DNA of 64,000 nucleotides from Camelus ferus (taxonomy: Eukaryota): contig NC_045697.1 in NCBI RefSeq assembly GCF_009834535.1, forward strand, positions 100,008,001-100,072,000, given 5' to 3'. The position numbers and the translations under genes are program-made. Of the stretch, positions 40,254-50,770 are shown one piece after another. The stretch's first letter is position 1; the number at the start of each line of letters is the position of its first letter. The notes under the pieces were generated by a model. It was not told the DNA's origin and did not search any database. It saw nothing but the letters and a program-made list of their open reading frames with translations.

Positions 40254-40753
40254 TGAGACAGGCTGGGACCTGGGACCTGGGACCTGGGACCTGGGACCTG
40301 GGACCTGGGACCCTTTGCTGCAGTGCTTGCATCTGTCTCCTCAAGCAACAGAACATAAAGAAACTATAAGGGACACACAAAAAAATAACTGTACATAGGC
40401 AGTTGGGGCAAATTATGAACAAGATACAAAAAGACCCAAAACCCAAATGCATTTCTGAGGTGTGGGGAGCAAAAGCAGGGTAACTGGGCATGATCCCTGC
40501 ACACAGCACCGCCAAGGGGGTGGGAACACCACCTACATCACCCCTCCTGCCTAAACCATGGATCTGCCCTTACCCTCACCCCATTTAAGGGACAAGCTTG
40601 CCACCACTCGGGGAGCAAGCAAAGGAACCTGTTACTTGTTTTCGTTCCCTCATGCTACAGGACGAGTCCCAGTAAAGCTTTGCTTGAATTTCTCTTCCAG
40701 CATCTTATCAATTTCTATTGATTAAGGGGGTCTAAGAACACTGGTTGGTAACA
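40254..40753 (+). mobile_element. ERV solo LTR containing (CTGGGAC)7
   Basis: TG...CA termini; TATA-like TTTAAGG (~40584), AGTAAA signal (40671) and U5-like end ...GAACACTGGTTGGTAACA. Confidence 0.75.
40263..40311 (+). repeat. Perfect heptamer tandem repeat (CTGGGAC)7
   Basis: Read directly from the sequence. Confidence 0.97.
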
Positions 40754-41081
40754 GATTCAGAAATGCATTATGTATTGGCTTTTGGAGTCATATTGGCCAA
40801 TGGTTACTGAATGATTACAATATGCTGGGCATCATACAAAGTGCATTTTATACACTATCTCATTCAACACTTCTAATGGGACTGTTTGATGGCTTTGTCT
40901 TTATCCTCTTTAAACTCATCAGGAAACAGCAACAGAGCAGCAAAACACCTTTCTGAGCCGGTAAGTAAAAATACAGCATGAAAAAGGCAGTCCTCATCCC
41001 CAAGGAATTCCTAGTGAAACATCCTAAAACTCCATGGCAGTGTGGGTGTTACAGATACAGACAGACAGGTGCACGCGCGCG

Positions 41082-41092
41082 CACACACACAC

Positions 41093-41126
<34 letters not shown>
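41082..41126. repeat. (CA)n microsatellite, one interruption
   Basis: Read directly from the sequence. Confidence 0.95.
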
Positions 41127-41127
<1 letters not shown>

Positions 41128-41899
41128 GCACTCAGTGGGGTCCTAACTTGCCTGGATGAGGGTGTCCTGGGAGACTCCTGGAGTGGCGTCCATGCCGGTG
41201 AACCTGCTCTCTTCATGGCAGACATGATCTGGCCAGAGTTCTGGGATTCCCATTCCTTGCTCTGGTGGTTTCAGCCCCTCTGTCCTGACTCTCTGATCTT
41301 CCCTCCAAACACACAGCATCAGAACAGTTGCCAAGATCTATAGATTGGGACCCCCAAGAAAGCTCTCCAATACATCTGTCCCCTCTGATCCCATTCTTGC
41401 TCTATTTCAGGTCTTCTTGCCAACACTATTTCAGTGTCGTGGTTTAGCCAACCTCCCTACGTTCCCCCTCAACTCACCCCCCTGCTCCCCTCTCTCCTTC
41501 CCCCCCACCCCCTACCAGCCGCAGGCTACACTTCATACCACCAGTAGATTTGTTTCCGTAAAGTGGAGAAAGGATCATGTTCTTCAAAACCTGGTGATGC
41601 ATCTATGCTGCCGACATAACTAAGTACAAGTACCTTAGTGGACTATTTAAGGCCTTCCATGATCTGGCCACAGTTGACTTTCCAAGCTCTCTCCTCCGAC
41701 AGCCTTGCAAATATTTGGTCCTGTAATTTTCTGATTATGTCCTATTATATACTAGCTATAAGTGGCCTTTTCCTAACCTTTACTATTATTTAATTCCAAT
41801 CTATTTTTCAAGTAACATCTAAAATAGCAACACTCCCAATAATCGTTTTATAATTGTTGCCAATGAATATTTCCTTTGCTTATGGTTTCTAAAATTCAA

Positions 41900-42130
41900 G
41901 GAATGCTTATACTGTTCAAGCACTGTTCTAAAGCCACAGTACTAACTCAGTTTTCTTTGTTCAACTCGATGAGGCAGGTATTATTATTTCCCCCATTTTC
42001 AAGATGAAGAAACAAAGGCACAGAGAGGTTAAGCAACTTGCTTAGGGTCACACAGCCATACCTCACAGAGTTGGGATTTAATCGTGGCAGCCTGTAGATG
42101 GGGAGTTTTAACTGCTAGATATGCTGCCTT
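41900..42130 (-). mobile_element. MIR SINE
   Basis: CCCATTTTCAAGATGAAGAAACAAAGGCACAGAGAGGTTAAGCAACTTGCTTAGGGTCACACAGC MIR core. Confidence 0.85.
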
Positions 42131-42694
42131 CCTCCCATCTGTTTCTCTTTCTCTCCTCATTCCTTCCCTCTTTTCATTTCTTCTTTTTTAATTAGCAAAT
42201 TTTGTGTTATAACTAAGGATATATTAGTGAACAAAGCAGTTGCCCTCATGCACGTTTGGTAGGGACGAGGCATGCGAACAAACCAATGAGCAAACAAACA
42301 AAACTCACAGTTGTGATTAATCAAGGAAACTTGGGGTCCTGTGATGTTTTTCCTTGAGTAAATTTTAGTGTTTAAATATTAACTCCATTGTAGAACTCAC
42401 CACATTCTTTTTTGAACTGTTCTGCAAATATTTGCATACAGACCTTACCTGTCTTCCCATGGTTCAAATTCGGAGAAGTGTTGTTTTTTTTTAAACTTTT
42501 CTGCTCAGTAATAGGGGCACATGAGCATCAAATAAATACGAGTTGGAGCAAATGGATTGATGGGGTAGCCTCAGTCAGTGCAGAACGTGCTAGTGGGGGC
42601 GGGGCATCCTCAGGCTCCCAGATCGGCCCTGGAATCTGGCACACGGCTGACTCAGCATCCTGGCTGAGTTGGTTGGTCTGGGGGAGGCCGGGAG

Positions 42695-43392
42695 CCCAAA
42701 CAGCGACATGGGAGAAGTCAGGGAGGGCAGCTCCAATGCTCAGTCAGGCCTGGTTTCAGTGCCTTTTCAGAGATTTCCCCAGTGTTAGAAGGTGGCGCTA
42801 CATGCAGATTTATGCTCAACTGTAAGGATATCGCCACTGAACATGAACCTCTAGTACTTTGACACACATTTGAGCAAGACCTCGTGCTTGAAGTTGCAGC
42901 CACATGCAAAGAAGTCATCAAGGGATTTATACAAGGAAGAAGAATGTCTGAGATACTATTCTGGGTGTGTTTACATCCTGGGCTTCCTTTAGGGTTTTGC
43001 GAGTTCTTCAGCATGTAAAGCAGATCAGGCTGAGCTCTCAGAGAATCTGCAACAAGCCACACATTTTTTGAACCTGGCAGAGCTGGCTGGGGGTAAGAAA
43101 TAATAGTAATTAGCAACATGGCAACAATTGAGTTTCCAGAAGAAAGGAGGCCCTCCTGATGGCAGAAACACACAGAGATGAAACAAAGTTTTCTCTGTGT
43201 GTAGCACTGCCTTCTAACACAGGGAAGATCTCTGAAAAGGCGACAGTGTGTATGAATGAGAAGCTGACCAAGAGAGGTCACTGCATTTAAAAAAGAGAGC
43301 GTATGCCTTTAGAAATCTTGAAACCAGGCCTGACTGAGCTTTGTAGCTGCCCTTCCCTGACCCAGCTGTCTTCTCCCACGTCGCCGTTTGGG
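42695..43392. repeat. Diverged inverted repeat (arms 42695-42808 and 43194-43392)
   Basis: Manual alignment: the reverse complement of the left arm matches 43194-43243 and 43319-43392; the right arm carries extra segments of about 75 nt and 9 nt. Confidence 0.93.
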
Positions 43393-44355
43393 GTAGCTGG
43401 CATTTCCTTGATGTCTTGGGAACATGGCTAGTTTGGTCTGGTTCCGTCCTACTGATGATTCTCTGCAAACAAGTTCTTGAAAACTTCCATTTCCTTCTCC
43501 TCGTAAACAATTTACGATCCTGTGCTTCGATGAGTGTATGAGACAATCCATGTGTCAGTTGCACCGAGTCTGTGGGAAGGACCAAGCTTGTAAAGCTTTG
43601 ACCTAACTGTGTTCAGAGAATAACAAATCTTCCAGGAAGGAGAGAGTGCTTCCCACTTCAGTGGAAGCCATCACACCTGCTTCGAAGTACCTCTACCTCA
43701 GCCTCGAAAACTGTCACAGTCTCTAAAAGTGCACTTGTCCCCACCTAAGACCGGAGACCTGGCACAGGTTGAGAGACACATACAAACAAATTATAGCCGT
43801 TAACTATCAACAATTGTGGCCTAGACAGACAAGAAGACTAGGAACGTAACTCAGAATAAAATCAGATGGAGAATGGGGTGAGTAGTAGCATCCAGGTAAG
43901 AGACCAAGGGGCGGAGAAATTGGCGACAGGGGCAAATTTCCATCTACTCGAAGCAGGAGGCAGCGATATGTGTGGTACAACTGGGACCCAGGGACGTGGT
44001 CTAGGTAAGTTGAGTCCTTACTGTGAGAGTGACTATGAAATGAGCTCAGCCACCCATCAGAGACATCGGCAGGTTTGCCTGCAGGTCTCCAGCCCTACAT
44101 CTGGCGTCCTGCACAAACTTTCTGGCCAATGAACCACCTCAGCCGGCAGGGATGGGCTGTCCTCTGCTCTCTCACCATGGCAACTCCAGCAGGATCTGCA
44201 CTGAGGTCTCCCCTCAAATTTAAGTCACCTCGTATCTGTCAGTTTTTAATCTGCCATAATTAATTTTTTCACACCCCTTCTGGATTCCACCCCATACTCC
44301 TCTTTTTCACTTGTTGTCTCTGATTCCAAAAAGTTCCTTTAAATAAGTACAAGAT

Positions 44356-44856
44356 TGTATTAGTTATCCACTCCTACATAACAAATTATCCCCAAACATA
44401 GTGGCTTAGATGAATAACATTCTTTTGCTCACAAATCTGCAAAAAATCTTGCAAGGTTTGGTAAGAACAGGTCATCTTTGCTAGGCAGCTTAAAGACTAT
44501 GAGCTGGATTCATCTGAAACCTTTCTTACTTAGATGGCTGGTGCCCCTGGGCTGAGGAGACAAGAACAGCTATGGGCAACATCTGGGGCTCCCCGGGCAT
44601 CACCCTCTCTATCTCTGTACACTCTCTCTACACAATGGCTTCAAGACAGCCCTCCTTCATGCATATTGGCTCAGGGCTTCCAGAGGCTGAATTGTCTGTT
44701 ATGACTTAGTCTTTGAAGTCATATAACACAACTTCCTTTGCATCCAGTCAGTTGAAGCAATTCCACTGGTCCCAAAGTATCAAATGTCTCATCGTTAAGT
44801 AGATTGGGATTGGGTGTATATTGTTGTGAACATCTTGGAAAATATATTCTACTACA
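44356..44856 (-). mobile_element. MaLR LTR (MLT1H-like)
   Basis: TGTATTAGTTATCC...ATAACAAATTATCCCCAAACATAGTGGCTTA...GCTCACAAATCTGCA...CATCTTGGAAAATA...CTACA. Confidence 0.72.
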
Positions 44857-45449
44857 AAAATAAGTATAGGTTCATGAAATAGCCAGCATTACATTTTTTT
44901 GTTTAAATTTTAAAGCATCCCTAGGTACACCAAAATGTGAAACAGGTTAGAAGCAGTTAATTCTGCTTAAAAAAATGCAGTAGTACTCCTATTGCTGCAT
45001 TTTGAAATGCAGCCTTCTTAAATTGCCACCAAAGAGCAGACGAAAAGTATGATCAGTCACTGAAGGAGGTTTTAAATGAGGGGCACAGATGGAAATTTTG
45101 GAGGCTTGCTTCCTCACCCCTGAATATTCAAGGAAGTTTTCTCTCTGTGTTACACACCATCAAATCAGCTAATTAGGGGCTTGTAGTCAGTGTGTGGAAC
45201 CCCAGGTAACTTGGCCTTCCTTGTCTTCCCCTTTTGCTTGTCTGGATTGTCAACACTGTCATTTGAAAGCAGAAGCTAATGCCATTTGTTCTTGGACTGT
45301 AAGGGCAGGGAAAGGATGCTGCAACCTGTGGAGGCAGGATGACACTTAGAACCTGCTTCACCTTGGGTAAGTTACTATACCTGAGTCTGTGTCCTTTGCA
45401 AGGATACTGTTTATAATATTTCTTGAGAGCTGTTTCTAACCATCTTTAA

Positions 45450-45572
45450 AAATTTTTTTTTGGAGGGGAGGCACTTAGGTTTATTTACTTTAATGGAGGT
45501 TCTGGAGATTGAACCCAGGACCTCATGCATGCTAAACACACTCTTTACCACTGGGCTATACCCTCCCCCTCC
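45450..45572 (-). mobile_element. tRNA-derived SINE (Vic-1-like, camelid)
   Basis: Antisense of GGTATAGCCCAGTGGTAAAGAG...GAGGTCCTGGGTTCAATCTCC (A box/B box); TSD ACCATCTTTAA at 45439-45449 and 45573-45583. Confidence 0.9.
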
Positions 45573-45693
45573 ACCATCTTTAACATTGAAAACAGTTGTA
45601 CTTCTGAGCAATTGACTAGGATTTATGTATGGACAATGTGAATTACATAACTAACCAGGTTTCCCTTCCTTTATAGGTTAAAATTTAATTCGA

Positions 45694-45797
45694 TGGGGGG
45701 TGGAGGTATAGTTCAACGGAGAGCATATGCTTAGCATGCACAAGGTCCTGGGTTCAATCTCCAGTACCTCCATTACAAAGTTTTTTTAAAATTAAAC
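45694..45797 (+). mobile_element. tRNA-derived SINE (Vic-1-like)
   Basis: GGAGGTATAGTTCAACGGAGAGCATATGCTTAGCATGCACAAGGTCCTGGGTTCAATCTCCAGTACCTCC; imperfect TSD AAAAYTTAATTYG. Confidence 0.88.
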
Positions 45798-47104
45798 AAA
45801 ACTTAATTTGTGATCTCCTCTAGCAAACATATGCATGTGTTTGGTATACATTTAAATTTGTTTTATCCCTAACTCCGTATTTTTATCCTTCGAAAAACTA
45901 TGAAAAAGTATTTTTTCCTTCATCCTTATTTTTCTTTATTTTCACTTTTATCATCATTTTATGAAATGTGATTTTTCATTTCATTACAAAACTAATCATT
46001 TATTTATCAAACATTGGGAAAGAAAAAAGTATAAAGAAAAAATGAAAAACACCCATAATTTCACTAATCATAACATTGCTAAGAGTCTGATGTGTGTGTA
46101 TAAATTGGGTCATGGTGTTTCATAATTTGTACCTCTTATTTAACAATATCCCATCTCTTCCACTTATTTTCTGATGTTTTGCTGTAGTTTATGAATTTCT
46201 TTAATTGCTCTTAAATCCTTTCTGGAATAACACATAACTGTACATAAGTAGATAAACAAACATATTTCTCCAATTTGTTATAAGGATCAAGTGAGATAAT
46301 GAACACAGAAGTTTAACGTAAGCTGGGAGGCAGGGCATTCCTAAGAGATCACCTATTTTGGTATTGGCTTCCTTCAGTCCTTGGTATAATTATGTATTTT
46401 TTTTATAATGAAAAGCATATTAGTGATTTTAATTATATTGGAGCTTTCTGCTCCTATTCCAGCAAAAAGTAAACATGTCGGGAAACCAACCATTCCCTGG
46501 CAATTCACCCCTTCACAGCCTCCCACCTAAACTAAGGCGGTCACAGGTAATGATTCTTACTGGCTGTGGTTGCCACGGTTACAACTGCTCATAGCAGTTA
46601 TAGAAAGTAAGCTTACCTCTTAATCACACTGCTTAATGCTTCTGCTCCCATCTCCTCCTTTTGCTTTTTGATATTCCTTCTATCTCCTGTTAGATGACTT
46701 TGGCTAAAAGCAATACATGTGCTTTTCCCTCTTTCTTTGCCCTGTCCCCGTCTGTTGTACAGCTCTCTCCCTTCTCCCTAGCACCCTCTCTGCCACCCGC
46801 ACTTCCCCATCCTATATAACCTCCTCCCACTGGGTCTTGCTTTCAGACGGACGGGATCTGATAACCATATCTACCCCTTCCTGTCCTCCATCCTATGTGA
46901 TCCCAATGGATTTTAATAGAAAACTACTGTATATCTAGGGTTTCAAGACTCAAAAGAGTTATTCTCTAATGAAGGAACTTCAGGCACAGCATTATTTTTA
47001 GTTTGGTCACTGAGATGTGTGCTGAGATCTTCACCTAGTGGAGTTTCATTTTTTTCTTTATAATCCTTTGTAATTTTTTTCCTGACAGGCTCTGTGGTTA
47101 GGGA

Positions 47105-47487
47105 TTGTGGCATCGTGTCAGAGGTGTGGCACAGCCATCTCTAGCTCACCAGATACCAATCTGTCTACATTTTCCTGGCCCCCTTGCAATTGGGTATGTT
47201 CTTGTTATAAGTTCTAATCAAGGGACTATGAGTCAAGTGACGTGTGCCACTTAGAGTTGGTATGCGACCTTCCCAACCGGCAATTCTTTGCCTGACTGAA
47301 GGTGTGTTACAGAATGTGGATCTACAAATGGTGAACCTTCATTGGCTGGAGTGTTTGTTGGACCCAAGTTCCTCACAAACTCACGCTGAGCGTGTAATGT
47401 GAATGACAAATACACATTTGCTGTGTTGAGCCGTTGACATTTTAGTGTTGTTTGTTAGACGATGTAGACTAGCTTATCCTGACCAAA
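47105..47487 (+). mobile_element. Old MaLR LTR (MLT1I/J-like)
   Basis: CATTTTCCTGGCCCCTTGCAATTGGGT...AAGTGACGTGTGCCACTT...TGCTGTGTTGAGCC...AGCTTATCCTGAC. Confidence 0.6.
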
Positions 47488-47503
47488 ATGAGGGTAGACA
47501 GTC

Positions 47504-47648
47504 TTATTATTTATTTATTTTATTATCAATTAATTAGTTAGCTATCTTATTATTTATTTATTTATTGTGATGGAGGTACTGGGGATTGAACCCAGGACAT
47601 CGTGCATGCTAAGCACATGTTCTACGGCTGAGCTATGCCCTCACCCAC
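47504..47648 (-). mobile_element. tRNA-derived SINE (Vic-1-like) with (TTTA)n tail
   Basis: GGAGGTACTGGGGATTGAACCCAGGACATCGTGCATGCTAAGCACATGTTCTACGGCTGAGCTAT. Confidence 0.9.
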
Positions 47649-48197
47649 TACAAGTTCATATCTTGTATCTTCTGTTGCTTTATTCTCTTTCTTGTATGAA
47701 ATGTCCCACTTTGTCTTTTTTAATGTCTTCGTATGAATTTCTATCTTTTATGGTATTTATTAAGTATATTACAATCTTTTGGTAAACTTTGCCTGATCAA
47801 TCTTTTTTTCTTTTCCTCTTGGTTATGAACCTTTCTGTATTAAATTTGTATATCTCTTGTAAATAACATAACATTGAGGATCTTTGGGTTTTATTTGTAT
47901 TTATTGTGATTATTGACATGTGGATTTCTTTTTGCCATCCTATTTACCGAGCTTTCTCTTTATTTCTAATTCTTCTGTTTTCTACCTTCCATTGGGTTGT
48001 TTTCTTTGTTCAATTCTTTTCTTCTATAACAGTGTTAAAGTTACTCCATTTTCATTCTATTCTTCTAGGCATTATCCTTGAATTATTAATACATGTATCA
48101 ACTTTTTCCCTTAATAGTTCTACATTTAAACAATAAGAACCTCTCCCAAACAAGAAGTTTAGTATCTACTCCACTCCCCCGCTCCCCTTTGGGGCAG

Positions 48198-48711
48198 ACT
48201 GTATTTCCCAAGGATCGCCACAATGCTATCTCAGTGCTATCTCCCATTGCATCAAGAGTTGGAGTCTGTTTCTCTGCCACCTTGAATCTGGGAAGGCTCT
48301 GTAACTTTGACCAATTGAATAGGGTAGGAGTGACATATGTTCCGGGTAGCCCTTAACTGTTCTGACAGCTGCTTCCTGCCTCTTCAAACCATCATGTAGG
48401 AAGTGCAACTACCCGAGACTGTGGTGCTGTGAGAAGCCCTAGATGTATGGCGAGGCCCTGAAGAAGAGACAGCCTGCAGAGCAAGAGGCCAAGGAGCATC
48501 AGGGCACCAGAGAGTGAGGGCAGGAGCCATCGGGAAGTGGACGCTCTGGTCCTGGCCACTCCAGATGGTGCCACGTGGATCAGAGACAAAGCACCCAGCT
48601 CAGCCCTCCTTGAATTTCCATCCCAAAAAATTCAAAGTAAAATAAAATGAATGTTTTTAAAGCCCTGAATTTTAAGGAAGTTGATTACATGACCAGAGAC
48701 AACCAGGATAC
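48198..48711 (+). mobile_element. MaLR LTR (MLT1F/G-like)
   Basis: CCTTGAATCTGGG...TTTGACCAAT...GGAAGTGCAACTACCCGAGAC...GAGCCATC motifs; similar to 18280-18795. Confidence 0.7.
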
Positions 48712-48814
48712 CCTCCCACTCCATTGTTTGTATCATTTGGAATTTTAGTTCTAGATTTTATCTAAAGCTTTAAAAAAAAAAAAGCACTTTTTCAGACAGC
48801 AAGTTTTACCTATT

Positions 48815-49765
48815 TATTTATTTATATTTAAACATCTTTCCTATGTTGAGTCCACCTGTCCATGAACTTGATAGGTTTCTCCTAACAAGTTTTTGTTTTT
48901 GGAACTTCTTCAATTTCTTTCATCAGCATTTTGTAGTTTGTAGTATATAAGTCAGTCTTGTACATGTTTTGTTATATTTATAACACATATATATAATAAC
49001 TGTATTAAATACATTTGACCCTTGAACAGCACAAGTTTAAATTGCATGGATCCACTTATACATTGATTTTTTTTCAATAAATACGTACCATAGTACTACA
49101 TGATCCGTGGTTGTTTGAATCTGTGGATGTGGAATTACAGATACGGAGGGCCAACCGTAAAATTATATGAGGATTTTCAATTGCCTAGGGGGTTGGAGCC
49201 TCTAAACCCTGCTTGTCCATGGGTCAATTGTATTTCCTTTTGTGTGTGTGATTGTCAATGAAATTGTATTTTAATTTCACTGTCCATGTGTTCATTGCTA
49301 ACATATAGAAATACAATTGATTTTTGTATGTTGATCTTGTTACTTATGACCTTACTGAAATCACTCATTAGTTCTAAGAGTTTTTTGTAGATTCCTTAAG
49401 GTTTTCTATGTAATCTTGGCATCTGCAAACAGAGTTTATTTCTCCCTTTCTTATTTCTGTGCTTTTGATTTACAGCATTAGCTAGAACTTCTAGCATTAA
49501 GTTGCATAAGAGAGATGGGAGTAAGCATCCTTACTTTGTTCTCAGGCTTATGGAAAAAGCTTTCAGTCTTTCAACTTTAAGTATAATGTGAGCTGTAAGC
49601 ATTCTGTAGATGATCTTTATCAGGTTGAGAAAATTCCCTTTTGTTCTTGTTTTTATGGGCGTTTCCTTTTTAAAATCATGGGTGGGTATTAAATTTTGTT
49701 AAATCCTTCATCTGTATCAATTGATATATTTATATACTTTTTTCTCTAGTCTATTAATATGGTAG
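48815..49765 (-). mobile_element. Old L1 ORF2 fragment, interrupted by a Tigger MITE
   Basis: ATATAGAAATACAATTGATTTTTGTATGTTGATCTTG...GCATCCTTACTTTGTTC...AAAGCTTTCAGTCTTTCA is antisense of the L1 RT region seen at 57330-57720. Confidence 0.8.
49012..49230. mobile_element. Tigger2-like non-autonomous DNA transposon (MITE)
   Basis: Imperfect TIRs CATTTGACCCTTGAACAGCA / reverse complement CAATTGACCCATGGACAAGCA; TA on both flanks (49010-49011, 49231-49232), the Tc1/mariner TSD. Confidence 0.88.
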
Positions 49766-50620
49766 ACAACAATTTTAGTTATTTTATTTCTTATTTCTAA
49801 TAGTTACATTTGATTCTTGAAAAAGTCTGTTTTAACCTTTTTAAGTATAAAACTATAAATCTGTTTATAGTTTCTCTTTCCCATCAGAGGTGATTCATTT
49901 TTAAACAAAAATTTAAACATTGTTACTTAATGTATAATGATATAATTACACTATATATTAGATTATATAATTCCAAGATTTGAAGTCTTTGCAATTTCGT
50001 TTCTGTAGTCTATAGTTGCTGCTGGATATCACTTATGGCATTTACTTTCATTATGTATCTGGTTATCTCTGAGTTATTCTTGAATTTGAAAAATTTATTG
50101 GATGCATTATCAGAGGCCTAATAGGAAATTGGCTTTTCCTATAAAGGATTCACATTTGATTCTGGCAGGCACTTGAAAGTACTATCAGTTTAAGACCACT
50201 CCAACCCAAATTCAAGACTTAAAATTTCTTGGAAAGTAAAACAGACGCAGGAAAGTTTAACTGGGCAGCAGGCAACTCTGTGCCAGGATAGGTCAATGTG
50301 AGTTTACAGCCCTTTGTGGTCTAGATTATTATGGGGTGAATCTCCTATTAGACCTCCTGTTTTATGAGGTCTCTGGGCTTTGACGTCTCTCTTCCTCTCT
50401 CCAGAAAGTCATTAAAATGAAAATCCAATACTTTTAGAATGAATACTCCCAGATCGAAAGATACTTCTGTCTTTCTTTGATCCTCTGAGATCCTGATTTC
50501 CCTTCATCATAGGCCTAGTAAGTCCTTACTATCTTGTCAGTTCTTTGATTCTTTTAAGACATATTATGTACATATTATCTCTATTTATTTATACATTTTC
50601 CCATTTAAGAAATAAGTTTT

Positions 50621-50770
50621 CTTTTTTTTTTTAAGGGGGTGGGGGGAGGTAATTAGATTGATTGATTGATTGATTGATTGATTTTTAGGTGGTGGTACTT
50701 GGGATTGAACCCAGGACATCATGCGTGCTAAGCACGCACTCTACCCCTGAGCTATACCCTGCCTCCCCCG
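50621..50770 (-). mobile_element. tRNA-derived SINE (Vic-1-like) with internal (GATT)n
   Basis: GGGATTGAACCCAGGACATCATGCGTGCTAAGCACGCACTCTACCCCTGAGCTATACCC; near-TSD AGAAAYAAGYTTT at 50608-50620 and 50771-50783. Confidence 0.9.

Noticed and set aside
43244..43318. Segment missing from the left arm considered as a spliced-out intron (processed copy)
   Set aside because: Boundaries are not GT-AG on either strand, and the left arm has no poly(A) or TSD.
42412..43585. Opposite-strand ORFs sharing peptides (QTATWEK, LSQAWFQ, LFRDxPxVRR), suggesting a gene pair or pseudogene
   Set aside because: The shared peptides fall in different frames and are a by-product of the DNA inverted repeat; no recognisable protein family.
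45694..45775. tRNA gene candidates (also 45495-45570, 47570-47645, 50690-50770)
   Set aside because: A/B boxes are present, but AT-rich tails, TSDs and divergence among copies indicate SINEs.
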